Shown: positions 28,902-37,360 of the stretch, piece after piece
Position numbering within the stretch: the stretch's first letter is position 1
How the letters are laid out: the number at the start of each line of letters is the position of its first letter
Assembly (NCBI GenBank): GCA_030650425.1
Contig: JAUSED010000009.1
Coordinates: forward strand, 32,904-96,903
Reading direction: 5' to 3'
Length of the DNA stretch: 64,000 bases
Origin: Candidatus Omnitrophota bacterium
GTDB lineage: Bacteria; Omnitrophota; Gorgyraeia; Gygaellales; Profunditerraquicolaceae
Position numbers and translations under genes: made by a program
Notes under the pieces: generated by a model
The model's database searches: none
What the model was told of the DNA's origin: nothing
The model's input: the letters and a program-made list of their open reading frames with translations, nothing else

Positions 28902-30806
28902 ATGAACAAATTTAAAGTTACCTTTCAACCGAATAATAAAACCGTCGAGGTACCCAAAGATACGACGGTTCTTTCGGCAGCGATCTCTTGCGGAGTGTCT
29001 ATAAAGTCGGATTGCGGAGGGGACGGGGTCTGCGGCAGGTGTAAGGTTGTGGTAAAGAAGGGTGAGGTTTTAACTCAGCCCACAGGAATGCTTAATGATG
29101 AAGAGAGAAAACGTAATATATACCTAGCTTGTATTACTACTATACATAGCGATTTGGAAGTAGAGGTTCTACCTGAATCAAGAATTGATCCAAGTTCCAG
29201 GCTTAAAGGTATTTATTCGAAATCCGAAGAGATAGAATCGAAAGAAGCAGTTTCAAGCGATAAAGTATTCAAACACTCGCCACTATCCACAAAATTATAT
29301 CTTGAGTTACCCCCGCCAAATTTGAATGATACAGCCAGCGACTTAGACAGGCTTTTTCGCGCTATTCGTAAAGCGCAGGACCTGCCGGTTATGCAAACAG
29401 GTTTAAGCAATATCCGGCAGCTCGGAGAATTATTACGCGGCTGCGAATGGAAAGTGACCGTTACTTTAGGCAAGAGAAATGATACGGTAGAGGTTGTCTT
29501 GGTTGAACCGCAGGATACCTCGAACAAAAATTTCGGGGTATGTTTTGACATCGGCACTACCACTATCTCCGGCCAGCTTGTGGATTTAAATTCCAAAAAG
29601 ATATTGGGGACTAAGGCGACCTATAATCAGCAAGCGAGCTTTGGTTCGGATGTAATCACGCGCATAATCTACGCGCGGCAGAACGAAGGAATCGAAAAAC
29701 TGCACAGCGCGGTAACCGGGACGATGAACCTGATGATTAAAGAGCTTACCGTTGAACATAAAGTGAATTTAAATGACCTGACTTGCGTTGTTTGTACCGG
29801 AAATACGACAATGATCCATTTATTGCTTCTGGTGGACCCTACTTATATAAGGCGTGAGCCGTATGTACCGACGGCGAATTTCCTGCCGGTTTTAAGGGCT
29901 TCCGAAGCAGGGATCATCATTAATCCTCGCGGGCTTTTAGCATGCGTACCGGGTGTATCAAGTTATGTCGGAGGAGACACTACCGCCGGGGTTCTTTCCA
30001 GCGGCCTCTACAATGAAACTGATCTGTGCATTCTGATTGATATAGGCACTAATGGAGAAATTGCCCTCGGGAATAAGGATTTTTTGGTTGCCTGCGCGGC
30101 TTCCGCCGGCCCGGCGTTTGAAGGAAGCGGAGTAAGCTGCGGTATGCGGGCCTCAAACGGCGCAATCCAAAAGGTTAAGATAAGCCCCAAAGACTTCTCA
30201 GTAACCTGTTCGACGATCGGTGAAGCTAAGCCTCGCGGCATATGCGGTTCCGGATATATCGATTTAATCGCCCAGATGCTTGAAACAGGCGTAATAGATA
30301 GAGGCGGGAAAATTAAATTGGAAAACCATAAACGCGTGCGTGATTCCGAATCCGGGAAAGAATTTGTGCTGGTTTTTAAAGAAGACTCGGCTTCTTCGAA
30401 AGATATAGTTATTAACGAAGCGGATATAGAAAACTTAAAACGCGCCAAGGCCGCGATTTATTCGGCTACCGCTGTTTTAGTCAAGCATATGAATTTTATG
30501 CTTGACGATGTTAAGAAGATCTTTATCGCCGGCGGATTTGGCACATCTTTGGATATAGAGAGCGCGATAAAGATAGGGCTGCTTCCCGATCTTGTAAGAA
30601 GCAAGTTTGTGTTTATCGGTAATAGCGCTTTAGCGGGTGCCCGTCAGATGCTTCTATCGGCAGAGGCAACAAAGTTGGCGGAGGAGATAGCGCGTAAGAT
30701 CACCTACTTTGAATTATCCGTTGATTCCGGATATATGGATGAATATATGGCGGCTTTGTTTTTCCCGCATACGGATTTAAATAGATTCAGGCCGCGGGAT
30801 AAATAA
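28902..30806 (+). CDS. Reductive activator of corrinoid iron-sulfur protein (RACo): 2Fe-2S ferredoxin plus ASKHA ATPase
   Basis: An N-terminal plant-type ferredoxin (CGGDGVCGRCKV) and a C-terminal ASKHA-fold domain (DIGTTTISGQL, DIGTNGEI). The length is 634 aa. Confidence 0.8.
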   Translation: MNKFKVTFQPNNKTVEVPKDTTVLSAAISCGVSIKSDCGGDGVCGRCKVVVKKGEVLTQPTGMLNDEERKRNIYLACITTIHSDLEVEVLPESRIDPSSRLKGIYSKSEEIESKEAVSSDKVFKHSPLSTKLYLELPPPNLNDTASDLDRLFRAIRKAQDLPVMQTGLSNIRQLGELLRGCEWKVTVTLGKRNDTVEVVLVEPQDTSNKNFGVCFDIGTTTISGQLVDLNSKKILGTKATYNQQASFGSDVITRIIYARQNEGIEKLHSAVTGTMNLMIKELTVEHKVNLNDLTCVVCTGNTTMIHLLLLVDPTYIRREPYVPTANFLPVLRASEAGIIINPRGLLACVPGVSSYVGGDTTAGVLSSGLYNETDLCILIDIGTNGEIALGNKDFLVACAASAGPAFEGSGVSCGMRASNGAIQKVKISPKDFSVTCSTIGEAKPRGICGSGYIDLIAQMLETGVIDRGGKIKLENHKRVRDSESGKEFVLVFKEDSASSKDIVINEADIENLKRAKAAIYSATAVLVKHMNFMLDDVKKIFIAGGFGTSLDIESAIKIGLLPDLVRSKFVFIGNSALAGARQMLLSAEATKLAEEIARKITYFELSVDSGYMDEYMAALFFPHTDLNRFRPRDK

Positions 30807-30807
30807 T

Positions 30808-31560
30808 ATGGGGTGGGTTATAGCGATGGCGGGTAAGGGTGGAACAGGTAAGACTACTGTCGCAGCCCTGCTTGTGCGTATAATTAAAGAAAATAATCTT
30901 GGCTCGATTCTAGCGGTTGATGCAGACCCAAATAGTAATCTTGGCGAATTATTGGGTTTGGAGGCAAAAGAAAGCATCGGCTGTATACTCGATGATATAG
31001 CCAGTAATCCGCAAATCGTTCCCGTTAATATGGGTAAGGACGCTTTTATCGAATACCGCGTTCAGCGCTCGATAATCGAGGCGGATGGCTTTGATCTTTT
31101 GACGATGGGCAGGCCTGAGGGCCCGGGCTGCTATTGTTATGTAAATAACTCCCTGCGTAATGTTATGGATAGGCTGATCAATGACTATGATTTTGTGGTC
31201 ATTGATAATGAAGCGGGGTTAGAACATTTATCCCGGCGCACTACCAGACGGGTGGATACTTTATTGGTTATTTCGGATGCCTCTATTATAGGCCTAAAAG
31301 CAGCGAAAAGAATCGTTGAGTTGACCAAAGAGCTGAAAATTAAAACTAAAAAAGAACTCTTAGTGGTTAACCGAAGCAACCCAAATATTGAACCGGATAA
31401 AATTAAAGGTTTAAACTTGGATTACTTGGGCCGCTTACCCATAGATTCTGAGGTTGAAAGTTTAAGTAAGTTGGGGGCATCGTTGGTGAATTTAAATAAA
31501 GATAGCGCGATGCTAAGTACTTTACGAAAACTAGGAGAAAAGATATGGCTTTGCAATTAA
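30808..31560 (+). CDS. cooC: CooC/AcsF-type nickel-insertion ATPase (MinD family)
   Basis: Deviant Walker A AMAGKGGTGKTT and the CooC-specific CYCYV motif. Confidence 0.8.
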   Translation: MGWVIAMAGKGGTGKTTVAALLVRIIKENNLGSILAVDADPNSNLGELLGLEAKESIGCILDDIASNPQIVPVNMGKDAFIEYRVQRSIIEADGFDLLTMGRPEGPGCYCYVNNSLRNVMDRLINDYDFVVIDNEAGLEHLSRRTTRRVDTLLVISDASIIGLKAAKRIVELTKELKIKTKKELLVVNRSNPNIEPDKIKGLNLDYLGRLPIDSEVESLSKLGASLVNLNKDSAMLSTLRKLGEKIWLCN

Positions 31561-32486
31561 TCACGGAAAAGTGGTCAGGCGAAGTTTCGGTAGTCACTAT
31601 CGGCGCGGCTAATCAGGAGGGTGGAACACGTTCCCACGCGGTAAAGATCGGTGGGGAGAAATCGCTTCCTTACTTGTTCAAAGAAGGAAGTCTTCCGAAT
31701 AAGCCTCAGATTGCCTTTGAAATTTTAGATATCATGCCTAGTGATTGGCCTAATGCAGTTAGCGCTCCCTATGGTAAAACTTTAAATGATCCTTTGGAAT
31801 GGGCGGATAAATGTGTGCGGGATTATCAAGCCGGTATTTTATGCGTTAGATTACTTGGATCTCATCCGGATTTCGGAAATAAATCTCCTGAAGAAGAAGC
31901 GCAGCTGATTAAGAAATTATTAAAAAAAGTGAGCGTACCTTTAGTTATTTTAGGAAGCGGAGATGACGCTAAAGACAATCTTGTTTTACCGGCTATATCC
32001 GAAGCAGCCAAAGGTGAGCGTTGTCTAATCGGTTCAGCGGTACAGGATAATTATAAAACTATTGTGGCCAGCGTTTTAGCCGACGGGCATAATATCATTG
32101 CCGAATCCCCGATAGATATTAATATCGCCAAGCAGTTGAATATTTTGATTTCGGATATGGGGCTGGCTTTGGAACGTATTGTGATGAATCCTACCATTGG
32201 GGCTTTAGGTTACGGGTTGGAATACGCCTATTCGATTATGGAGCGTTCCCGCCTTGCCGCGCTGGCAGGAGATAAGACTATGGCTTCTCCATTTATCTGT
32301 TTTGTGGGACAGGAGGCCTGGAGGGCTAAAGAAGCTAAGGCGGATGATTTGCCTGATCAGGGGATAATCTGGGAAACACTGACCGCGACGGCCTTAATTC
32401 AGGCAGGCGCTGATTTATTAGTTATGCGGCATCCTAAGGCGGTTGAAAAAGTAAAAGAATATATAGATAATTTATTCCGGAGTTAA
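31545..32486 (+). CDS. acsD: Corrinoid iron-sulfur protein small subunit (acetyl-CoA decarbonylase/synthase delta)
   Basis: It is about 310 aa with a TIM-barrel small-subunit pattern. It is adjacent to acsC and acsE. Confidence 0.75.
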   Translation: MALQLITEKWSGEVSVVTIGAANQEGGTRSHAVKIGGEKSLPYLFKEGSLPNKPQIAFEILDIMPSDWPNAVSAPYGKTLNDPLEWADKCVRDYQAGILCVRLLGSHPDFGNKSPEEEAQLIKKLLKKVSVPLVILGSGDDAKDNLVLPAISEAAKGERCLIGSAVQDNYKTIVASVLADGHNIIAESPIDINIAKQLNILISDMGLALERIVMNPTIGALGYGLEYAYSIMERSRLAALAGDKTMASPFICFVGQEAWRAKEAKADDLPDQGIIWETLTATALIQAGADLLVMRHPKAVEKVKEYIDNLFRS

Positions 32487-32489
32487 AAT

Positions 32490-33278
32490 ATGTTGATCAT
32501 CGGTGAGTTGATTAATGGGATGTACGCTAATATCGGTAAAGCGATTAAGGAGCGCGCTAAAGCCGAAATCCAGAAATGCGCCTTGGAGCAGATAGAAAGC
32601 GGAGCAGACGCTTTAGATATTAATTGCGGCCCGGCATCAAAGCAACCGCTTATCGATATGCCGTGGTTGGTTGAAAGCGTGCAAGAGGTGACGGATAAAC
32701 CGTTGTGCCTGGATTCAAGCAAGCCGCAGGTTATTGAAGTTGGCCTTGAGGCGGCAAGGAATAAAACGATTATTAATTCGGTTACAGCGGACCCGGAAAA
32801 GTTAGATGTGATTATTCCGTTAGCCAAGAAATATAATTCCCAGCTTATCGGGATTACCATCAGTAAAAAAGGTATCCCGCAGAATAAAGACCAGCGCCTC
32901 GAATTAGCCGCGGCGATTGTGGCCAGCTGCGCGGAAAAAGATTTTCCTGTTGACAACTTGTTCCTTGATCCGATAGTCCTTCCGGTGAATGTCGCTCAGG
33001 CGCAGCTAAAAGATATTTTAGAGTCAATCCGCGATTTTAAGATAATCTCCGAGCCTTCCCCTAAAACGACTTTAGGATTGAGCAATGTTTCGCAAGGCAC
33101 AAACGTCAGGAGCCTGATTAACCGGACCTTTCTTACAATGGCTATCGCCTATGGCTTGGATTCGGCTATATTAGACCCTAAAGATAAAGAGTTGATGGAT
33201 GCCTTGATTACCGCCGAGCTTATTTTGAATAAACACATTTATTGCGATTCGTATTTAGACGCTTATAAGAAAAAGTGA
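32490..33278 (+). CDS. acsE: Methyltetrahydrofolate:corrinoid/iron-sulfur protein methyltransferase
   Basis: A pterin-binding (DHPS-like) barrel with GADALDINCGP. The 262 aa length matches AcsE. Confidence 0.8.
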   Translation: MLIIGELINGMYANIGKAIKERAKAEIQKCALEQIESGADALDINCGPASKQPLIDMPWLVESVQEVTDKPLCLDSSKPQVIEVGLEAARNKTIINSVTADPEKLDVIIPLAKKYNSQLIGITISKKGIPQNKDQRLELAAAIVASCAEKDFPVDNLFLDPIVLPVNVAQAQLKDILESIRDFKIISEPSPKTTLGLSNVSQGTNVRSLINRTFLTMAIAYGLDSAILDPKDKELMDALITAELILNKHIYCDSYLDAYKKK

Positions 33279-33293
33279 ATTTGAGTTAGTTAT

Positions 33294-33370
33294 GGCGGCG
33301 TAACTCAGCCTGATAGAGTAGTCGGCTCATACCCGATTTGTCGCTGGTTTAAATCCAGCCGCCGCCACCA
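33294..33370 (+). tRNA. tRNA-Met or tRNA-Ile2 (anticodon CAT) with an encoded CCA; atypical D and T loops
   Basis: Acceptor stem GGCGGCG/CGCCGCC, anticodon loop CTCATAC. The D-loop lacks GG18-19 and the T-loop is TTTAAAT with no C56. The G1-C72 pair argues against an initiator tRNA. Confidence 0.7.
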
Positions 33371-33409
33371 AATTTTTTATATAAAATTTTAAACTAATCA
33401 GGATCCCGA

Positions 33410-34399
33410 ATGAATAAGAAAGGCGAGGCTAAAGAAGCCGGGTATGGTTTGGTTCTGCAGGAGCTGCAGGAAAACCCCTACAGGAAATTTAATCTCGCCT
33501 TTTCTTTAATGGTTATTTTGCCTTTCCTTGTATTTTTGTACATATTAGTAAGTAAGTTATTTACTTTAAACATACTTATCGGCAATATCGGCATCGTATT
33601 GCTTATCGCGCTTTTTATTTCAATTTGCGGATTTTTAATCGGCGTCAGAATTTTAAAGAATATTTTAAAAAAACTCATCGCGCTTGCCGCGCAAGCAAAG
33701 CATAGTGATCAGTTGAAATCGACTTTTGTGGCTACGGTATCGCACGAACTAAAAAACCCTCTTACTTCTATTAAAACTAATATTTATAATATCTCCGCGG
33801 GGTTTACCGGAGAGGTTAATCTAGAGCAAAAGAATATCCTTGGGCTTTGTCAGGATACAATTGATCGTATGAGCAGGCTGGTAAACGATTTGCTGGATTT
33901 ACATAAGATCGAAGCCGGAATGACCGATGTAAATAGAAAGCCTTGCAATGTCATAGAATTATCAGAGAAGCAGATTAGGGAGTTAGGGGTTGTAGCTGGG
34001 GCAAGGAATATCCAGATCGTTAAGGAATTTTCAGATACAAAGCTAACGGTATGGGCTGATGAAGACAAATTGGCGCGGGTAATTAATAACCTTTTGAGCA
34101 ATGCGATAAAATTTACTCCCGAAGCAGGAATTGTAACTTTAAAGGTTTATCCCGCTGATAATTTCGCCAGAATCGAATGTATAGACACCGGAACAGGAAT
34201 AGAAGCGGATAACCTGGAAAAGATTTTTAGTAAATTCGAGCGGTTAAATTCCGTAAAAGAAGGCACTGGATTGGGTTTGGCTATCTCCAAGGATATCGCG
34301 GAAATGCATAGGGGTAAAATTCTCGTAGAAAGCGAAATCGGGAAAGGAAGTAAGTTTATTCTGCTTTTACCCCGCGACCTTAGAGGAAGGGGCAGATAA
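33410..34399 (+). CDS. Sensor histidine kinase (2 TM, HisKA + HATPase_c)
   Basis: H-box VSHELKNPLTSI, and N/G1/G2 boxes (NLLSNAIKFT, DTGTGI, GTGLGLAI). Confidence 0.8.
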   Translation: MNKKGEAKEAGYGLVLQELQENPYRKFNLAFSLMVILPFLVFLYILVSKLFTLNILIGNIGIVLLIALFISICGFLIGVRILKNILKKLIALAAQAKHSDQLKSTFVATVSHELKNPLTSIKTNIYNISAGFTGEVNLEQKNILGLCQDTIDRMSRLVNDLLDLHKIEAGMTDVNRKPCNVIELSEKQIRELGVVAGARNIQIVKEFSDTKLTVWADEDKLARVINNLLSNAIKFTPEAGIVTLKVYPADNFARIECIDTGTGIEADNLEKIFSKFERLNSVKEGTGLGLAISKDIAEMHRGKILVESEIGKGSKFILLLPRDLRGRGR

Positions 34400-34401
34400 A
34401 T

Positions 34402-34785
34402 ATGACGAATGAAAGAAACGCTAAAAAAATCTTAATCGTGGAGGATGGGAAAGAATTGTTGTTAAGCTTGTCAATTTTGCTAAAATCCCAGGGTTATTTG
34501 ACTATTGGCGCGCCTGACGCCCTCTTCGGTATAAGCCTTGCTCACAAAGAAAGGCCGGATTTGATCATTCTGGATTTGGGCTTGCCCGCGGGAGGAGGAT
34601 TTTATGTTTTAGAGAGCATTAACGATTCTATTGAAACTAATGATATACCAGTCATGATTTTGACCGGACAGCAGGGAATAGAACTGGAAGAAAAAGCCCG
34701 GAAGATGGGGGTAGCGGCGTATCTGCATAAGCCTTTTGAGCCTAAAGAGCTGCTCAGCCGGGTTAAGGAAATTTTGGATAGATAG
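34402..34785 (+). CDS. Single-domain response regulator (CheY-like receiver)
   Basis: ILIVEDGKE...DLIILDLGLP and a KPF motif, with no output domain. Confidence 0.8.
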   Translation: MTNERNAKKILIVEDGKELLLSLSILLKSQGYLTIGAPDALFGISLAHKERPDLIILDLGLPAGGGFYVLESINDSIETNDIPVMILTGQQGIELEEKARKMGVAAYLHKPFEPKELLSRVKEILDR

Positions 34786-34804
34786 GGAAAAAATAGAACC
34801 GTCC

Positions 34805-36064
34805 CTATTGTTTTTTGGTAAGGGTGTAGAGTATCTGCGATGTTGAAATAAAGATAACTGCCTCTATGGTTATAGTCGCCGCCGCGGCGCCTAAAAAAGA
34901 GAAATAGTGAATAAAAATAAAGATTAAGGGTAATCCCAGGAAAGCCGCGAAGACGTGTATCCTTGAATAGATATCCGGCCTGCCGCAGACCAAGAGGAAT
35001 TGCACCTTAAAGGCATTGGCGCTGATGAAGAATAAAGAGAGAAGGAGCAGTCTTAAGCTTATGACGACTTCGGGAAATTCTGTTCCGCAGGCTAGCTTTA
35101 CGATCTGCGGAGAAATAAAGAAGATAAACGGAATAATTAATAAGTAAGCCAGAGTGGTAGAATGTTGGACTTTATGCATTAAATTCAGCGCCTGTTTCTT
35201 ACTTCTGGAAAAAATCCGGCTTAAGCGCGGGAAAATTGCCTGTGAAAGCGCGGCAAGCGGAAATGTCTGAATAATACCGGTAATTCTTTCGGCGATGGAG
35301 TAATATCCGGTGATTATATTATTGGTAAGCAGTCCAACGGCGAAAATGCGCGTTGTCGTGTAGGTATTTATAGCGACGATGGAGATAAATACTTCCCAAC
35401 CGGTTTTTAATTCCTGCCTTATGCCGCTATAGCTTGGGAAAAGAAATTCAAGATCAAATTCTTTAAAGGCTACATATAGCCCTAAAAGCCCGGTGATTAT
35501 AAAAAACAAAGAATTCAATAGAGGAACAAGCAGGTAATCGCTAGCGCTCTTTACAAAGATAAAAATAGAAATCGCGTAGATTACTCCACCAATTATGTTG
35601 ATGATGGTTATGTAGCGCATTTTTTCCGTCCCCTGAAATAGCCAGACCGGAAAAAGGGTATTACCGATCACCGCGCCAAAGCTGAATAAATAGAGAAGCC
35701 AGTCAGTCTTGAATTTTGGGACGAGATTAATTAGCAGCAATAAAATCAGATAACTTAAAAACGCGAGAATAAACTTTACGCTCATCACCGTTGAGAATAT
35801 CGTGCTGGCCTGTTTATATTCATTGCATAAAGATATCTTTCTGGTCGCGGTCAGGCTAAACCCATAGTCTGTAATAATCATAAAGTATTGGATGAGCGCC
35901 TGAGCAAAGGCGATTAAGCCGAATTTCTCCGGGCCGATGATCCTGATTAAGTATGGTAACACCAGAAGCGGCAGGAGGTAGTTGATGCATTGAAGGGTAG
36001 AAAGCGAGGCAAAATTCTCTAAAACAACTTTCTTGTCTTTCGCGCTTATAGCTTTATGCTGCAT
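34805..36064 (-). CDS. Polysaccharide biosynthesis protein / Wzx-type flippase (MOP superfamily)
   Basis: It is about 12-TM. The N-terminal FASLSTLQCINYLLPLLVLPYLIRIIGPEKFG is typical of O-antigen and polysaccharide flippases. Confidence 0.7.
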   Translation of the reverse strand: MQHKAISAKDKKVVLENFASLSTLQCINYLLPLLVLPYLIRIIGPEKFGLIAFAQALIQYFMIITDYGFSLTATRKISLCNEYKQASTIFSTVMSVKFILAFLSYLILLLLINLVPKFKTDWLLYLFSFGAVIGNTLFPVWLFQGTEKMRYITIINIIGGVIYAISIFIFVKSASDYLLVPLLNSLFFIITGLLGLYVAFKEFDLEFLFPSYSGIRQELKTGWEVFISIVAINTYTTTRIFAVGLLTNNIITGYYSIAERITGIIQTFPLAALSQAIFPRLSRIFSRSKKQALNLMHKVQHSTTLAYLLIIPFIFFISPQIVKLACGTEFPEVVISLRLLLLSLFFISANAFKVQFLLVCGRPDIYSRIHVFAAFLGLPLIFIFIHYFSFLGAAAATITIEAVIFISTSQILYTLTKKQ

Positions 36065-36119
36065 AAGATTAATTTACACTTCGGGAAGCTAAAAGTCAAA
36101 CATAATAAAAGATGCGCTC

Positions 36120-36166
36120 AGGGGACACTTTCCTACGCGCGTTTACTATCTGTTGGAAAGTGTCCC
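36120..36166. repeat. GGGGACACTTTCC-21 nt-GGAAAGTGTCCCC inverted-repeat element (intergenic copy 3)
   Basis: It has the same 13-bp arms as the copies at 18745 and 28826. It sits in the divergent region between the flippase and tilS. A further GATTTTCC...GGAAAATC inverted repeat follows. Confidence 0.8.
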
Positions 36167-36306
36167 CTGCTAGGGAAAAAACAGATTTTCCTCGCAGGGG
36201 AAAATCAAGCGGTGCTCACTCGAATCAAGCCAAGCCCCCCCCTAAGCCGTAATAAGCTTATAATGTAATCATTGAAAAGCAGTCTAGTTATGCTAATATA
36301 AAAAGT

Positions 36307-37281
36307 ATGCGTAGGAAAATTTTGGATAAAGTTCGGGATACGATTGAAAGGTATGGCTTAATCGCCAAGGGCGACTTGGTGCTCGTCGGTGTATCAGGCG
36401 GCCCGGATTCTGTTTGTTTGCTCTATTTGTTAAAGGCTTTAAGCAAATCTTTGGGATTTAGCCTTGAGATCGCCCATTTAGACCATATGCTGCGTAAAGA
36501 TTCACCTCAAGACACTGAGTTTGTGAGATCTTTAGCTGTAAAATTAGCTATCCCGGCAACTATTGGCAGGATAGACATAAAGAAATCGGCAGCTAAGGGT
36601 TCGCTTGAGGAGATTGCCCGCAATAAACGTTTGGAGTTTTTTATTAGAACAGCTAAAGATGTAGGGGCAAAAAAAATAGCCCTGGCGCATAATCTCGATG
36701 ATCAGGCGGAAACTGTCTTGATGCGTATCCTAAGAGGGACAGGGCTTTACGGTTTATCCGGCATACTGCCTAAAAGAAATCTCTACGGATTTGAAGTTAT
36801 CCGGCCATTGATCAGGGTACAGCGGCGAGAAATCGAAGATTTCTTAAGCAGGAAGAAGGTAAGGGCGTGCCTTGATCAAACAAATAAAAATGAAATTTTC
36901 TTTAGAAATAAGATCCGTAATAAGTTAATTCCTTTATTGGAAAAGGAATATAACCCTAGTATAAAAAACACCTTAAGCAATATGGCGGAAACCAGCGCTT
37001 TAGACTACGATTATTTAAACCAGTTGGCCTTACGCAAGATTAAAGGAACGCGAGGTAAAATTAGATTGAGTTCTTTCTTACGGTTTCATTCTGCGCTGCA
37101 AAGGCTTATTTTACGTTTGACTATCAGTCATCTGCAAGGTTCGACCCGGCGCATTAGTTTCGCACACATCAAGGAAATCGAGGATTTAATTCTTAAGCGC
37201 CCGGTTAATTCCATCGTTGACCTGCCTAAAGGTATATCGGTTGCCAAGAAGGTAAAATCCATTATTTTTTATCGTAGGTAA
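36307..37281 (+). CDS. tilS: tRNA(Ile)-lysidine synthetase
   Basis: PP-loop LVGVSGGPDSVCL and a TilS fold. Confidence 0.85.
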   Translation: MRRKILDKVRDTIERYGLIAKGDLVLVGVSGGPDSVCLLYLLKALSKSLGFSLEIAHLDHMLRKDSPQDTEFVRSLAVKLAIPATIGRIDIKKSAAKGSLEEIARNKRLEFFIRTAKDVGAKKIALAHNLDDQAETVLMRILRGTGLYGLSGILPKRNLYGFEVIRPLIRVQRREIEDFLSRKKVRACLDQTNKNEIFFRNKIRNKLIPLLEKEYNPSIKNTLSNMAETSALDYDYLNQLALRKIKGTRGKIRLSSFLRFHSALQRLILRLTISHLQGSTRRISFAHIKEIEDLILKRPVNSIVDLPKGISVAKKVKSIIFYRR

Positions 37282-37360
37282 CTCTATAAAATACTTGATT
37301 TTATGACTGTTTAAGGATATAATTAATTCTCTTAAAAACAACAGCTCTAGAAAGGTAAAT

